Shown in pieces: positions 19,696 through 29,631 of a DNA stretch of 64,000 bases. The notes under the pieces were generated by a model. It was not told the origin of the DNA and did not search any database. It saw only the letters and a program-made list of their open reading frames with translations. The position numbers and the translations under genes are program-made. The stretch comes from a virus: IMG/VR virus record IMGVR_UViG_3300042447_000691. The stretch is one strand, 5' to 3'. Every line of letters starts with the position of its first letter. Within the stretch, counting starts at the first letter, position 1.

Positions 19696-19753
19696 AATAA
19701 TATAAATAAAAATACTAAACAATAATAAATAATCAATCAATGTATTTATAGTT
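19696..19753. promoter_or_regulatory. Divergent promoter region
   Basis: ATAAATA at 19702-08 and 19725-31 (TATTTAT on -), TATTTAT at 19743-49 (+). Confidence 0.55.
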
Positions 19754-20269
19754 ATGGCACAGAATAAAGTCCCAATTACAAGGTTAAATAAGTTTTTTTC
19801 TGAAGAAGACTTTGATTTGGATATTAATATGGGTGAGGAATGGTTACATGGGGACATGAATTTCACTTTAGTTTTATACAGAGTCGATAGACAAAGGACT
19901 GATAATGACGATGTGTATGGGGAGGCGTTAGAGGACTCGATACAATTTTTAGCTCCTGTCGAATTTAAAGGGTATGTTCAGGTGGAAGCACCTACAAATG
20001 TGGATTACGGTTCGTCAAAATTATCACAAACAGAACCAGGTAATGTCAAAGTAGGGGTTTATCAAAAACAACTTGATGAGTTAGGTATTGATATTAATTA
20101 TGGTGACTATATTGGTTACTATGAAACTGAAGATAGGGTAAGATATTATTCTGTAGTAAACGACGGTAGGGTTTTTACCGATAATAAACATACATATGGC
20201 GGGTATAAAAGATTTTATCGATCAATTATTGCATCACCTGTTAACGATAACGAATTTAAAGGTATCTAA
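19754..20269 (+). CDS. Head completion/neck protein (T4 gp14-like)
   Basis: DVYGE, GDYIGYYE...YY.V; position before tail terminator and sheath. Confidence 0.6.
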   Translation: MAQNKVPITRLNKFFSEEDFDLDINMGEEWLHGDMNFTLVLYRVDRQRTDNDDVYGEALEDSIQFLAPVEFKGYVQVEAPTNVDYGSSKLSQTEPGNVKVGVYQKQLDELGIDINYGDYIGYYETEDRVRYYSVVNDGRVFTDNKHTYGGYKRFYRSIIASPVNDNEFKGI

Positions 20270-21309
20270 TGGCTTTACCAAAAAAAATTAAAAAACACTT
20301 ACCCCTTGTACCTGAAAAGGTGGGGAAAGAAAGAAGAGAAGAGTTATTGGATTTAATAACTAAAGATGGTACGTACCTACCTAAAGGGGTATTACATGCC
20401 GATTTGGACAGGGGGATTTTGGATTTTGTTAAGGATAGGTTATCTTTGTCGGTGGATGGGAAAAAAGTACCATCAATAGACAAAATTATAACAAACCAAA
20501 ACTGGGCTCAATTTACCACAACTTGGAATTTTAACGATCTAGATAAAAACGTTAAACTACCTTTTGTTACAACGGTAAGAATGCCTGAAGTTAAATACGG
20601 AACCTTACAAGGTGGTCTTGCAAATATTCCAGAAAGAAGACACTTTCATTATTATACTGTTCCAACATGGGACGGTCAAAGAAAAGGTGCTGACGTTTAT
20701 AAAATTCCACAACCCATTCCGGTTGATATAACATATAATATTAAATTATTTTGTAATAGAATGAGGGAATTGAATGAGTTTAATAAAATATTCATGCAGA
20801 CTTTTACATCAAAACAAGCTTATATAAACGTAAAAGGACATTATCTACCGGTTATGATGGACGAAGTTTCTGACGAATCCTCTAAAGAATTAGAAAAAAG
20901 AAAATATTATATTGCCAATTATAAAATAACATTAAAGGGGTTGTTAATTGACGAAGAGGAATTCCAAGTTTCACCAGCAATTACAAGAGCACTTACAGTT
21001 ATTGAGGTTGACACCAAAATTAGAAAAAGAAAGGCAAAAATAGAACCACCAAGAACAAATAATTTTAATTTAGATATTACTTTTTTAAGTGGGGTAACAC
21101 AATTAAGCGAGGTATTTAACTATACTGCCGATATTGTAATCCAAAGTACAGACAACGTAACATCGTATTCCGTATACATAAATAATAATTATGTTGGTGA
21201 CGATTTAAGTACAATACAAATAACTACTAACGATACTTTAAAAATTATTGTGGTTAAAAATGATAATACAAAGACCTCTACGTTAAAGTCTGTGGCGTAT
21301 TTGGTTTAA
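20269..21309 (+). CDS. Tail terminator/completion protein (T4 gp15-like)
   Basis: P.PVDITYNI.L....MRELNEF motif; position upstream of sheath. Confidence 0.6.
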   Translation: MALPKKIKKHLPLVPEKVGKERREELLDLITKDGTYLPKGVLHADLDRGILDFVKDRLSLSVDGKKVPSIDKIITNQNWAQFTTTWNFNDLDKNVKLPFVTTVRMPEVKYGTLQGGLANIPERRHFHYYTVPTWDGQRKGADVYKIPQPIPVDITYNIKLFCNRMRELNEFNKIFMQTFTSKQAYINVKGHYLPVMMDEVSDESSKELEKRKYYIANYKITLKGLLIDEEEFQVSPAITRALTVIEVDTKIRKRKAKIEPPRTNNFNLDITFLSGVTQLSEVFNYTADIVIQSTDNVTSYSVYINNNYVGDDLSTIQITTNDTLKIIVVKNDNTKTSTLKSVAYLV

Positions 21310-21459
21310 TTATTCTCCGTATATATCCTTTTCTTTTTGACAAGTTTTTAAAATTAACGTTTCTAAAAACTTATACAACTTTAATCCCTTTTCTTCGCAG
21401 TATTTTTTTAAAACGTCGTGAGATTCTTCTGAAATCTTTATATTCTTTATTTTTTTCAT
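21310..21459 (-). CDS. Small ribbon-helix-helix-like DNA-binding protein
   Basis: KNIKISEESHDVLKKYCEEKGLKLYKFLE: alternating strand then two helices; start corrected to 21459. Confidence 0.55.
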   Translation of the reverse strand: MKKIKNIKISEESHDVLKKYCEEKGLKLYKFLETLILKTCQKEKDIYGE

Positions 21460-21602
21460 GTTAAGATAAATATTTAAAAAGGTAGAAAAAAGGTAGAATT
21501 TTTTCATACTATTAAATTTTTTATTAAAAAACCTTATGTTTTTTGCATTTAATCAAGGTATTTATATATAAAATAAAACATTAAAAACAAAAACATTTAA
21601 AA

Positions 21603-24600
21603 ATGGCTTCATCTAACAAAGTATTTGTATCACCCGGAGTATATACTTCAGAGAGGGATTTAACATTTGTTGCACAAAGTGTGGGTGTAACAACATTAGG
21701 AATTGCTGGTGAGACTTTGCAGGGACCGGCATTTGAACCGATATTTATTACAAATTTTGACGAGTTTCAAGTGTACTTTGGGTCTACTAGTCCTGAAAAA
21801 TACGTAAACACCCAAATACCTAAATACGAAACTGCTTACATCGCTAAATCTTATTTACAACAATCTAATCAACTTTTCGTAACGAGAGTTCTTGGTTTAT
21901 CAGGATATGATGCGGGACCATCATGGTCTATTACAACAATGGGTAACGTTAATCCGGCAACAATATCAGCAACAGGAAATAGTGCGACTAACGTCACTTT
22001 TAACTTTACAGGTCTAACAGGAACACCATCTTCTGTACAATTTACTGTTCCTGCACCGCTTTCTTCAGTGGTAGGAGCGACTTATACAAATTTTGATAAC
22101 TCAACATCAACAATATATAGTGATATCCAATCTTACATATTAAACGAAATAAACTTATTCTCAACAGGAACTGTTGGTTCTGGTACTACGGCTCAGTTTT
22201 GGGGTAGTGTTAGTGGGGGTTGTTTAAACTCAATCACTGCAGATTCTATCAATACTGTAACCGCAATTACGGAAACATACGGTGTAAGTAGTATTGATGT
22301 CGCTAACAATACATTATCAGCATCAACAAACGATCCTTGGTTCTATTCTCAATTCACATATTCACAAAATCCATCAACTGATGCATCATCATATCTTGGT
22401 TTTGGTTTTGGTATTAGTTTAGATTCAATGTCTACAGGTACAACTGCAGGTTCTTATTCAGGATCTTGTAATATTAGATTTACTAATTATTCGGGAACAC
22501 CTTACTTAGAATATGATGATTTAGTTATTGCGACTTTAAGATCAAGAGGTATCTCAACATATTCGTCAACACAGGCCGGTCCAAGTTACGAAGTTTCAGG
22601 AAAATCAAACGTTGTAATGATTACTTCAGGTCAATATTCTGGCGTAACAAAAGATCCATTCCAAACGTTTCAAATTTCAGGTGTTACTCAAGACGGTGAT
22701 AATTTTAGTTTTGAAACATCATTATTAAGTACGGATTCTAATTACTTGTCTAAAGTATTCGGTAGAAGTAACTTCGGAAAAGATAGAACTCAAGTACCTT
22801 TATTTGTTGAGGAGGCTTACCCATCGTTATTGACTACAGGTTATAGATCAGGAAAAATCAGAGGTTTATATAATGATTGGATCGATTTAGGTGGTGTTAG
22901 ACAAAACGATAGTCAGTCAATCGCATTTTATCTTGAACAATTCCAAACACCTGAAACACCATATTTTGTTTCTGAACTTAGAGGTAATAAAGTCTATAAA
23001 CTTTTCAAAACTAGATTAATCTCTGACGGTAACGCCGCTAACAGATTGGTAAAAATATCAATTGCAAATATGTCGTTTAATAATTTAACTTTCGATGTCT
23101 TTGTTAGAGATTTCTTTGATACCGATCAGAATGTTAGAGTTGTTGAAAGTTTCACTAACTGTTCTATGGATCCGTCAAATAATAACTACGTCGCTAATAA
23201 AATCGGTACATCAAACGGTGAATATCAAGTTAAGTCTAAATATATTATGTTAGACATGAGTGACGAAGCACCTATAGATGCACTACCTTGTGGTTTTGAA
23301 GGGTACAATATGAGACAATATAGTAACGCAACACCACCATTTATGGTTTATAAAACAAAATATTTACAACCAGGTGAAGTGATTTATAACCCTCCTTTTG
23401 GATCATCTAACGGTGGAGATAATCCGGTAATTTCAAATGGTGAAAACCCAAGAAGAGCTTACTTAGGTATATCTAATATTACAGGAATTGATTACGATTT
23501 CTTTGAGTATAAAGGAAAACAAGTACCGGTTAATATTGGTACAGATACTGAAGGTATTGATTGGGGTTATATGACAAAAGGTTTCCACATGGATAGTGGA
23601 GCGACTATCGTAACGATGTATAACGCACTTCTATCAGCAACAACTTCGGCATTTGAAGTGGGTGTAGGGTCGTTTAATAGTGAACCTGATGATACTAACA
23701 ACCCTTATTATAGATTAAATACTCGTAAATTTACAGCATTACCTTATGGTGGATTTGACGGATGGGATATCTATAGAGAGTACAGAACAAATAATGATTC
23801 ATTCGCATTAGGTCAATCAGGATATAAATACGGAGCAGAAGCATCAATCACATACCCTACGGCAACAGGATGGGGAGCGTTTAAACAAATTTCAGGACCA
23901 AACCAAGAGACTTGGGCTAACACTGACTATTACGCATACTTATGGGGTCAATCAACATTTGCAAATCCAGAAGCGGTAAACATTAATATATTTACAACTC
24001 CGGGTATTGATTATGTGAATAACCAAAATCTTGTGGAATTAGCAATTGATATGGTTGAAACAGATAGAGCGGATTCTATTTATGTGTGTACAACACCTGA
24101 CTTTAATTTATTCTTACCTACGTATAATGATTTAGAAGAAGGTTTAATTTATCCTCAACAAGTTGTAGATAACTTAGAAAACACAGGTATCGACTCTAAC
24201 TATACCGCAACTTATTACCCATGGGTTTTAACAAGAGATACAGTAAATAATACACAAATTTATTTACCGGGTACTGCAGAGGTAACTAAAAACTTAGCAT
24301 TAACCGATAACATCGCTTTCCCTTGGTTCGCATCTGCGGGTTACACAAGAGGTATCGTAAATGCTATTAAAGCACGTAAAAAGTTAACACAAGACGATAG
24401 AGACACACTTTATAAAGGTAGAATTAATCCAATCGCAACCTTCTCTGATGTTGGTACAGTGATTTGGGGTAACAAAACTCTACAAATTAGAGAGTCTGCA
24501 CTTGATAGAATCAACGTAAGACGATTGTTATTACAAGCACGTAAGTTGATTTCAGCAGTAGCGATAAGACTATTGTTTGAACAAAACGATGATAAAGTAA

Positions 24601-24815
24601 GACAAGACTTCTTGGATTCTGTTAACCCGATTTTGGATTCAATCAGAAGAGATCGTGGTTTAATTGATTTCCGTGTGACGGTATCAAACACTCCTGAAGA
24701 TTTAGATTCAAACACTTTAACAGGTAAGATTTTCTTAAAACCAACAAGAGCGTTAGAGTATATCGACATCGAGTTTGTTATTACACCAACAGGAGCATCT
24801 TTTGATGACGTATAA
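21603..24815 (+). CDS. Contractile tail sheath protein (gp18-like)
   Basis: SPGVYTSERD, PWFASAGYTRG, RDTLYKGRINPI, WGNKTL, LDRINVRRLL. Confidence 0.95.
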   Translation: MASSNKVFVSPGVYTSERDLTFVAQSVGVTTLGIAGETLQGPAFEPIFITNFDEFQVYFGSTSPEKYVNTQIPKYETAYIAKSYLQQSNQLFVTRVLGLSGYDAGPSWSITTMGNVNPATISATGNSATNVTFNFTGLTGTPSSVQFTVPAPLSSVVGATYTNFDNSTSTIYSDIQSYILNEINLFSTGTVGSGTTAQFWGSVSGGCLNSITADSINTVTAITETYGVSSIDVANNTLSASTNDPWFYSQFTYSQNPSTDASSYLGFGFGISLDSMSTGTTAGSYSGSCNIRFTNYSGTPYLEYDDLVIATLRSRGISTYSSTQAGPSYEVSGKSNVVMITSGQYSGVTKDPFQTFQISGVTQDGDNFSFETSLLSTDSNYLSKVFGRSNFGKDRTQVPLFVEEAYPSLLTTGYRSGKIRGLYNDWIDLGGVRQNDSQSIAFYLEQFQTPETPYFVSELRGNKVYKLFKTRLISDGNAANRLVKISIANMSFNNLTFDVFVRDFFDTDQNVRVVESFTNCSMDPSNNNYVANKIGTSNGEYQVKSKYIMLDMSDEAPIDALPCGFEGYNMRQYSNATPPFMVYKTKYLQPGEVIYNPPFGSSNGGDNPVISNGENPRRAYLGISNITGIDYDFFEYKGKQVPVNIGTDTEGIDWGYMTKGFHMDSGATIVTMYNALLSATTSAFEVGVGSFNSEPDDTNNPYYRLNTRKFTALPYGGFDGWDIYREYRTNNDSFALGQSGYKYGAEASITYPTATGWGAFKQISGPNQETWANTDYYAYLWGQSTFANPEAVNINIFTTPGIDYVNNQNLVELAIDMVETDRADSIYVCTTPDFNLFLPTYNDLEEGLIYPQQVVDNLENTGIDSNYTATYYPWVLTRDTVNNTQIYLPGTAEVTKNLALTDNIAFPWFASAGYTRGIVNAIKARKKLTQDDRDTLYKGRINPIATFSDVGTVIWGNKTLQIRESALDRINVRRLLLQARKLISAVAIRLLFEQNDDKVRQDFLDSVNPILDSIRRDRGLIDFRVTVSNTPEDLDSNTLTGKIFLKPTRALEYIDIEFVITPTGASFDDV

Positions 24816-24830
24816 ATAAAAAAATAAACT

Positions 24831-24858
24831 AAGTGGGGAGTAGAAATATTCCCCATTT
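24831..24858 (+). terminator. Hairpin/terminator after sheath gene
   Basis: AAGTGGGGAGTA-GAAA-TATTCCCCATTT, GNRA loop, weak U tail. Confidence 0.6.
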
Positions 24859-24883
24859 ATATATTTATATTAAAAATAACACA

Positions 24884-25021
24884 ATGAAAATCGAAAAAAA
24901 AATCATTAAAGAAAGTGTAGGTGATCAAAATATTAATAAAAAATCATTTTCTACTAAGAAACAAAACATAATAATAACTGAAGCTCAATTAGAATATATT
25001 TTATCAAAACTTAACAAGTAA
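24884..25021 (+). CDS. Small hypothetical protein (45 aa)
   Basis: Start corrected to 24884, downstream of TATTTAT at 24862-68; KIIKE and IIITEAQLEYIL motifs. Confidence 0.6.
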   Translation: MKIEKKIIKESVGDQNINKKSFSTKKQNIIITEAQLEYILSKLNK

Positions 25022-25980
25022 TGGATATTAAAAAACACATATATATACAAGTACTTAAAAAAAGAATTAATGAGGGGTTGGTCGATGATTACGAAACAAA
25101 AGAATTAAGACCTGACTTAAAGTATTATGCATTTGACTGGGACGATAACTTAATGTTTATGCCAACAAAAATAATGGTTATGTCTGAAAATGATGATGAG
25201 ATCGGTATGTCAACTGAAGATTTTGCTGAACACCGAACTCAAATCGGTGTGGAACCTTTTAAATATAAAAGTGCAACAATTATTGGTTTTGCTAATGAAC
25301 CGTTTAGGTTTTTCCGAGAAATGGGTGATAAAAGGTTTGTGGTCGACTCAATGACTGCACCACTTGGTCCAGCTTGGAATGACTTTGTTGAATGTATTAA
25401 TGGTGGATCTATTTTTGCAATAATCACCGCTCGTGGTCACAATCCTGAAACTTTAAAAGAATCGGTTTACAATCTTATAATGTCAAACAAAAATGGTTTA
25501 AATAGAAAAAAACTTGAGGAGAGTCTTAGACAATACGATTTATTAACCTCTGAAGGGATCTCTGAAGATATTAGACCAAATAGGAACACAACCATAGAAC
25601 AATATTTAAATATGTGTAAATTCCATCCGGTTTCTTATGGAAGTGGTAGTGCGGCATCTCCTGAAGAAGGAAAAAACAAAGCACTTAAAGAGTTTATTTC
25701 ATATTGTAGAGATTTGGCCAAAAATTTAATACAGTTCATTTTAAAGAAGAATCCAAATATGGATCTTACCGATTTGGTTCCAAAATTTAAAAATGACGTA
25801 GCAATGGATGAACCGGTTATTAATGTTGACGAATTTGTAAATAGACACACAACTATAGGGTTTTCAGATGATGACCAAAGAAATATTGAAGCATCATCAG
25901 AATTTTTAAATAAAGAGTATGAAAAAAATCCAGTTAATTTATACTTAACTAAAGGAGGTAAAAAAACTAGATTTAATTAA
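25021..25980 (+). CDS. HAD-superfamily hydrolase-like protein
   Basis: Motif I AFDWDDNL, motif II ITARG, motif IV GFSDDD. Confidence 0.7.
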   Translation: MDIKKHIYIQVLKKRINEGLVDDYETKELRPDLKYYAFDWDDNLMFMPTKIMVMSENDDEIGMSTEDFAEHRTQIGVEPFKYKSATIIGFANEPFRFFREMGDKRFVVDSMTAPLGPAWNDFVECINGGSIFAIITARGHNPETLKESVYNLIMSNKNGLNRKKLEESLRQYDLLTSEGISEDIRPNRNTTIEQYLNMCKFHPVSYGSGSAASPEEGKNKALKEFISYCRDLAKNLIQFILKKNPNMDLTDLVPKFKNDVAMDEPVINVDEFVNRHTTIGFSDDDQRNIEASSEFLNKEYEKNPVNLYLTKGGKKTRFN

Positions 25981-26081
25981 GATACTAGTAAAGAAATATT
26001 ACAAAATAAAAAAAAGTAAAGACAAAAAAATAAATAACACAATATTTATATAAAAAATAAAAATACTAAAAATAAGAAAAC

Positions 26082-26570
26082 ATGGCTGATTTATTAATGA
26101 AAATGCCCTTTCAATATGAACCTAAAAGAAAAAATAGGTTTATTTTAACTTTCCCTTCTTCGTTGGGGATAAACTCTTGGTATGTTGAAAGCACTTCAAG
26201 ACCTAAAATAGAAATTGGATCTACAGAGATTCCTTTCTTAAATACGTCAACATATGTTGCTGGTAGATTTAAGTGGGGATCTATTGATGTTACGTTTAGA
26301 GATCCGATCGGTCCTTCGGCTTCACAAGCACTTATGGAGTGGGTTCGTTTACATGCAGAATCTGTTACAGGACGTATGGGATATGCTGCCGGTTATAAAA
26401 AAGACATCGATTTAGAAATGTTAGACCCAACAGGGGTAGCAGTTGAAAAATGGATCTTACAAGGTTGTTTCTTAACCAATGTTGATTTCGATTCATTAGG
26501 ATATAGTGAAGATGGATTAATTACGGTTAAAGCTTCAATGCAACCAGATAGATGTATTTTGGTTTACTAA
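26082..26570 (+). CDS. Tail tube protein (gp19-like)
   Basis: EPKRKNRF, YVAGRFKW, WILQGCF; follows sheath. Confidence 0.9.
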   Translation: MADLLMKMPFQYEPKRKNRFILTFPSSLGINSWYVESTSRPKIEIGSTEIPFLNTSTYVAGRFKWGSIDVTFRDPIGPSASQALMEWVRLHAESVTGRMGYAAGYKKDIDLEMLDPTGVAVEKWILQGCFLTNVDFDSLGYSEDGLITVKASMQPDRCILVY

Positions 26571-26594
26571 AACAAAATTAAAATATTTTTTAAG

Positions 26595-26625
26595 AACCTC
26601 ACCAACAAAGTGGGGTTTTTTATTT
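26595..26625 (+). terminator. Intrinsic terminator
   Basis: AACCTCAC-CAACAAA-GTGGGGTT followed by T-run. Confidence 0.7.
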
Positions 26626-26665
26626 ACATAGAAAATAGTTAAAGTATTTTTATAATAAAAAAACT

Positions 26666-27424
26666 ATGGATCAATCAGCATTATACGGACAACAAGATTT
26701 TTCTCTACCACATGACGTGGTAAGACTACCTTCTAAGGGTATATATTACACACCAAGACGAGAGTCAATTAAAGTGGGGTTTCTAACGGCTAACGATGAA
26801 AACATTTTAATGTCACAAAATAATTCGAAAGAAGGTATTATATATACATTATTAAAACAAAAAATTTACGAACCAAATTTTAATGTGGATCATCTTTTAG
26901 ATGTCGATGTTTCTGCAATTTTAATATTTTTAAGAAATACCGCCTTTGGACCTGAATATAGTTATACTTTAAAGGATCCTGCAACAGATAAAACATTTGA
27001 TATTACTATTATATTAGATGAGTTAAAATATATCGACTCACCTCATACTGCAGACAACGAGGGGTATTTTACAACCAAACTTCCAAAAAGTGATAAATCA
27101 ATTAAAGTTAAATTATTAAATTGGGGAGAAATAAAAGAAGTTGATAAAATGGTTGAAAAATATCCAAAAGGTATGATTGCTCCTGTTGTCACAAAAAAAT
27201 TAGAACAACAAATTGTTGAAATCGATGGAAACAAAGATAAAGGACAAATTTCAAATTTTATTAAAAACATGCCAATTATGGATTCAAAACATGTTAGAAA
27301 GTTTATACAGGAATGCGAACCATCAATCGATTTAAAACAAGAAGTAATAGCCCCGTCAGGAGAAAGAGTAACATTTAGTGTTACCTTTGGGGTTGACTTT
27401 TTTCGTCCTTTCTTCTCAGTATAA
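26666..27424 (+). CDS. Tail assembly chaperone/baseplate hub assembly protein (gp26-like)
   Basis: VRLPSKG..Y, FLTANDENIL, ILIFLRNTAFG, C-terminal DFFRP; between tube and tape measure. Confidence 0.8.
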   Translation: MDQSALYGQQDFSLPHDVVRLPSKGIYYTPRRESIKVGFLTANDENILMSQNNSKEGIIYTLLKQKIYEPNFNVDHLLDVDVSAILIFLRNTAFGPEYSYTLKDPATDKTFDITIILDELKYIDSPHTADNEGYFTTKLPKSDKSIKVKLLNWGEIKEVDKMVEKYPKGMIAPVVTKKLEQQIVEIDGNKDKGQISNFIKNMPIMDSKHVRKFIQECEPSIDLKQEVIAPSGERVTFSVTFGVDFFRPFFSV

Positions 27425-27557
27425 AAAACTACTTTTAGACGAAACCTACTATTTAACCAAACTGGCTAATTTTTCTTATTCAGATATTCTAATCATGCCG
27501 ACTTTTGAACGTAAGTATTTTATGAATAAACTAACGGAGGAATATCAAAAAAAATAA
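27378..27557 (+). CDS. Second tail chaperone ORF (gp51-like), probable frameshift extension
   Basis: Not in track; +1 frame reads ...FVLSSQYKKLLLDETYYLTKLANFSYSDILIMPTFERKYFMNKLTEEYQKK*; only GTG/TTG starts overlapping the upstream gene. Confidence 0.75.
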   Translation: MLPLGLTFFVLSSQYKKLLLDETYYLTKLANFSYSDILIMPTFERKYFMNKLTEEYQKK

Positions 27558-27585
27558 TTTAACCTATTTATAAGAAAAACTAACT

Positions 27586-29595
27586 ATGCTATTTTTATTT
27601 GGAGAAGCACCAAAAGCACAATCAGATGATAAGGTTGTTGAGCAAACGACAAAAGGACAAGGAGTTATAAACCAACTCTCCACACTTACAACCGCATTAA
27701 CTGAATGGGTTTTACCTAATAGTGTTGAGAATCTTAATAAGGTATTTAAAAACGTTACTGAACAACTAACAACTCAGGAAGATTCTGCTTTGGCCCTTCA
27801 AAAGACAATGGGAGGAGTATCTATTAATGCCGAAGGGTTTAGACACATACTTCAAGAATCATATCTAGAAACATTAAATATAGGAGGCACATTTAAAGAC
27901 TCGGCAGAAATTGTACAGGGATTAGCTGGAGAGATGGGAAGAATTGTTAGTATATCAACGGAAGTAACAACACAATCAATACAATTTTCCAAGGCAACAA
28001 ATATGACAAGCTCCGAAACCGGTAAAATGGTTGCCGAATTTAGTAAATTTGGTGGCACACAAGAACAGTCGATTGGTAAAATGTCTGAGTTAGGTAAATC
28101 CGCAAGAAAAAGTGGGTTAGATGCTAAAAGTTTTACAACTGAAGTTGCAAAAAATTTAAAACAAGCGAGTTTATTTGGTTTTAAAGGTGGTGTAAAAGAC
28201 ATTGAAGAAATGGTTAAAAAAACCAAACTTCTTGGTACTAGTATGGAAAAATTACAAATTAAAGGTGCTGCTGAAAAATTACTTGATCCCGAAACTGCGA
28301 TGCAAACCGCTGCGAGTTTACAAATGATAGGTGGAAATATAGGTGCGTTAGGTAACCCATTCCAACTATTACACATGGGTCAAAAAGATATGAAAAAACT
28401 TACAGATGAAGTTTTAAATATGGCTAAGGCAACGTTTACATTTGATAAAGAAACGGGAGCATTCGCACAGACAACTGAAGATATGTACGCGTTAAGAGCA
28501 CAAGCAGAGGCTTTAGGTATTAATTATGAAGAAACTGCAAATGCTGGTAAAGAATTGGCTAAATTGGATTTCATTAAAAGTAGTACAAAATTATCAGAAA
28601 AAATAACAGATGAGGATACTCAAAATTTAGTTGCAGGATTGGCTCAAATTAGTAAAGAAGGTACTGTTAGTATAGAACTACCAGGACTAAATAAATCTTT
28701 CTCTTCGTTGGACGATGCGTTAGCTGACCCTAAATTCATGTCTTCGTTAGAAGAATATCAAAAAAATGCGGCCTTGAGCGATAAAGACTTGACATTAAAA
28801 CAAATGTCTATTGCCGAAAAACAAGCCGCGGACACTAATGTTATTAAAAATGCGGTTTTGGCTAATTTAAGTGCAACTAAAAAAGAATCAGTTTTGATGC
28901 AAAGTATTGCAGAAAATTCTGAAATGATGGGTACGGCAGGAAAATCCCTCGCAACGGGTGTTGCTGGAGAATCTGCAGATGCAATAACAGCAATAAATAC
29001 CAAGGCTACAGAAGCCGCAAAAACAACAATTAATTTACTTAAAAACTTTAAACCCGGTGAGTTTGTTGATGGACTTGTTGGTGGTATTGGAAAAGAACCA
29101 GATAACGGAGGTCTTCCTAATGTTGCTGGCGATCAACAAACACCTGTTATTGAAACCAAGCCTCTTCCTAATGTTGCTGGAGATAAGACTCTTCCTACTG
29201 TTGCTGGTGGCTCAACCCCTCAACCTACACCAGTACCAGACGGACTTTTCTCCGCTGGATCCCCCCCAATGATAATGTCAAAAGGAAAAATTTATGAGGG
29301 ATTAAAAGAAGATTCTGTATATGTAGGTACCGATTTTGAAAAAATATTTGAAAGAGGTAAAGCAGCAACTAACGTATTATCGGAAATGATGGCTAAAGGT
29401 GGTGCTGGTGGTTCAAATACAGAAGTTTCAGGTAAAGTGGATTTTGGTGAAATTAAGGTAAAGATAGATGCTCCTGGCGTTGATACGTCTATGTTAGATA
29501 AGGCATTAAACAGTAGACAATTCACCAACCAAATTATGTCAATGGTTGCGAATCAGAAATCTTTCTATACAAATCAAGCAACCCTACAAGGATAA
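27586..29595 (+). CDS. Tape measure protein
   Basis: Ala/Lys/Gln-rich helical protein directly after the chaperone genes. Confidence 0.75.
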   Translation: MLFLFGEAPKAQSDDKVVEQTTKGQGVINQLSTLTTALTEWVLPNSVENLNKVFKNVTEQLTTQEDSALALQKTMGGVSINAEGFRHILQESYLETLNIGGTFKDSAEIVQGLAGEMGRIVSISTEVTTQSIQFSKATNMTSSETGKMVAEFSKFGGTQEQSIGKMSELGKSARKSGLDAKSFTTEVAKNLKQASLFGFKGGVKDIEEMVKKTKLLGTSMEKLQIKGAAEKLLDPETAMQTAASLQMIGGNIGALGNPFQLLHMGQKDMKKLTDEVLNMAKATFTFDKETGAFAQTTEDMYALRAQAEALGINYEETANAGKELAKLDFIKSSTKLSEKITDEDTQNLVAGLAQISKEGTVSIELPGLNKSFSSLDDALADPKFMSSLEEYQKNAALSDKDLTLKQMSIAEKQAADTNVIKNAVLANLSATKKESVLMQSIAENSEMMGTAGKSLATGVAGESADAITAINTKATEAAKTTINLLKNFKPGEFVDGLVGGIGKEPDNGGLPNVAGDQQTPVIETKPLPNVAGDKTLPTVAGGSTPQPTPVPDGLFSAGSPPMIMSKGKIYEGLKEDSVYVGTDFEKIFERGKAATNVLSEMMAKGGAGGSNTEVSGKVDFGEIKVKIDAPGVDTSMLDKALNSRQFTNQIMSMVANQKSFYTNQATLQG

Positions 29596-29631
29596 AAAAT
29601 ATAATTCAACCTATTTATAAATAAAAATTGA

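Noticed and set aside
19696-19866. Long N-terminal extension of the SNF2 ORF
   Set aside because: Runs through the divergent promoter and antisense to the gp14-like gene; 19695 is the better start. Similar upstream extensions were trimmed at 11177, 17932, 21507 and 24833
24811-24818. TATAAATA as a T4-type late promoter or antisense promoter
   Set aside because: Overlaps the sheath stop codon and lies upstream of a terminator hairpin; probably a chance match
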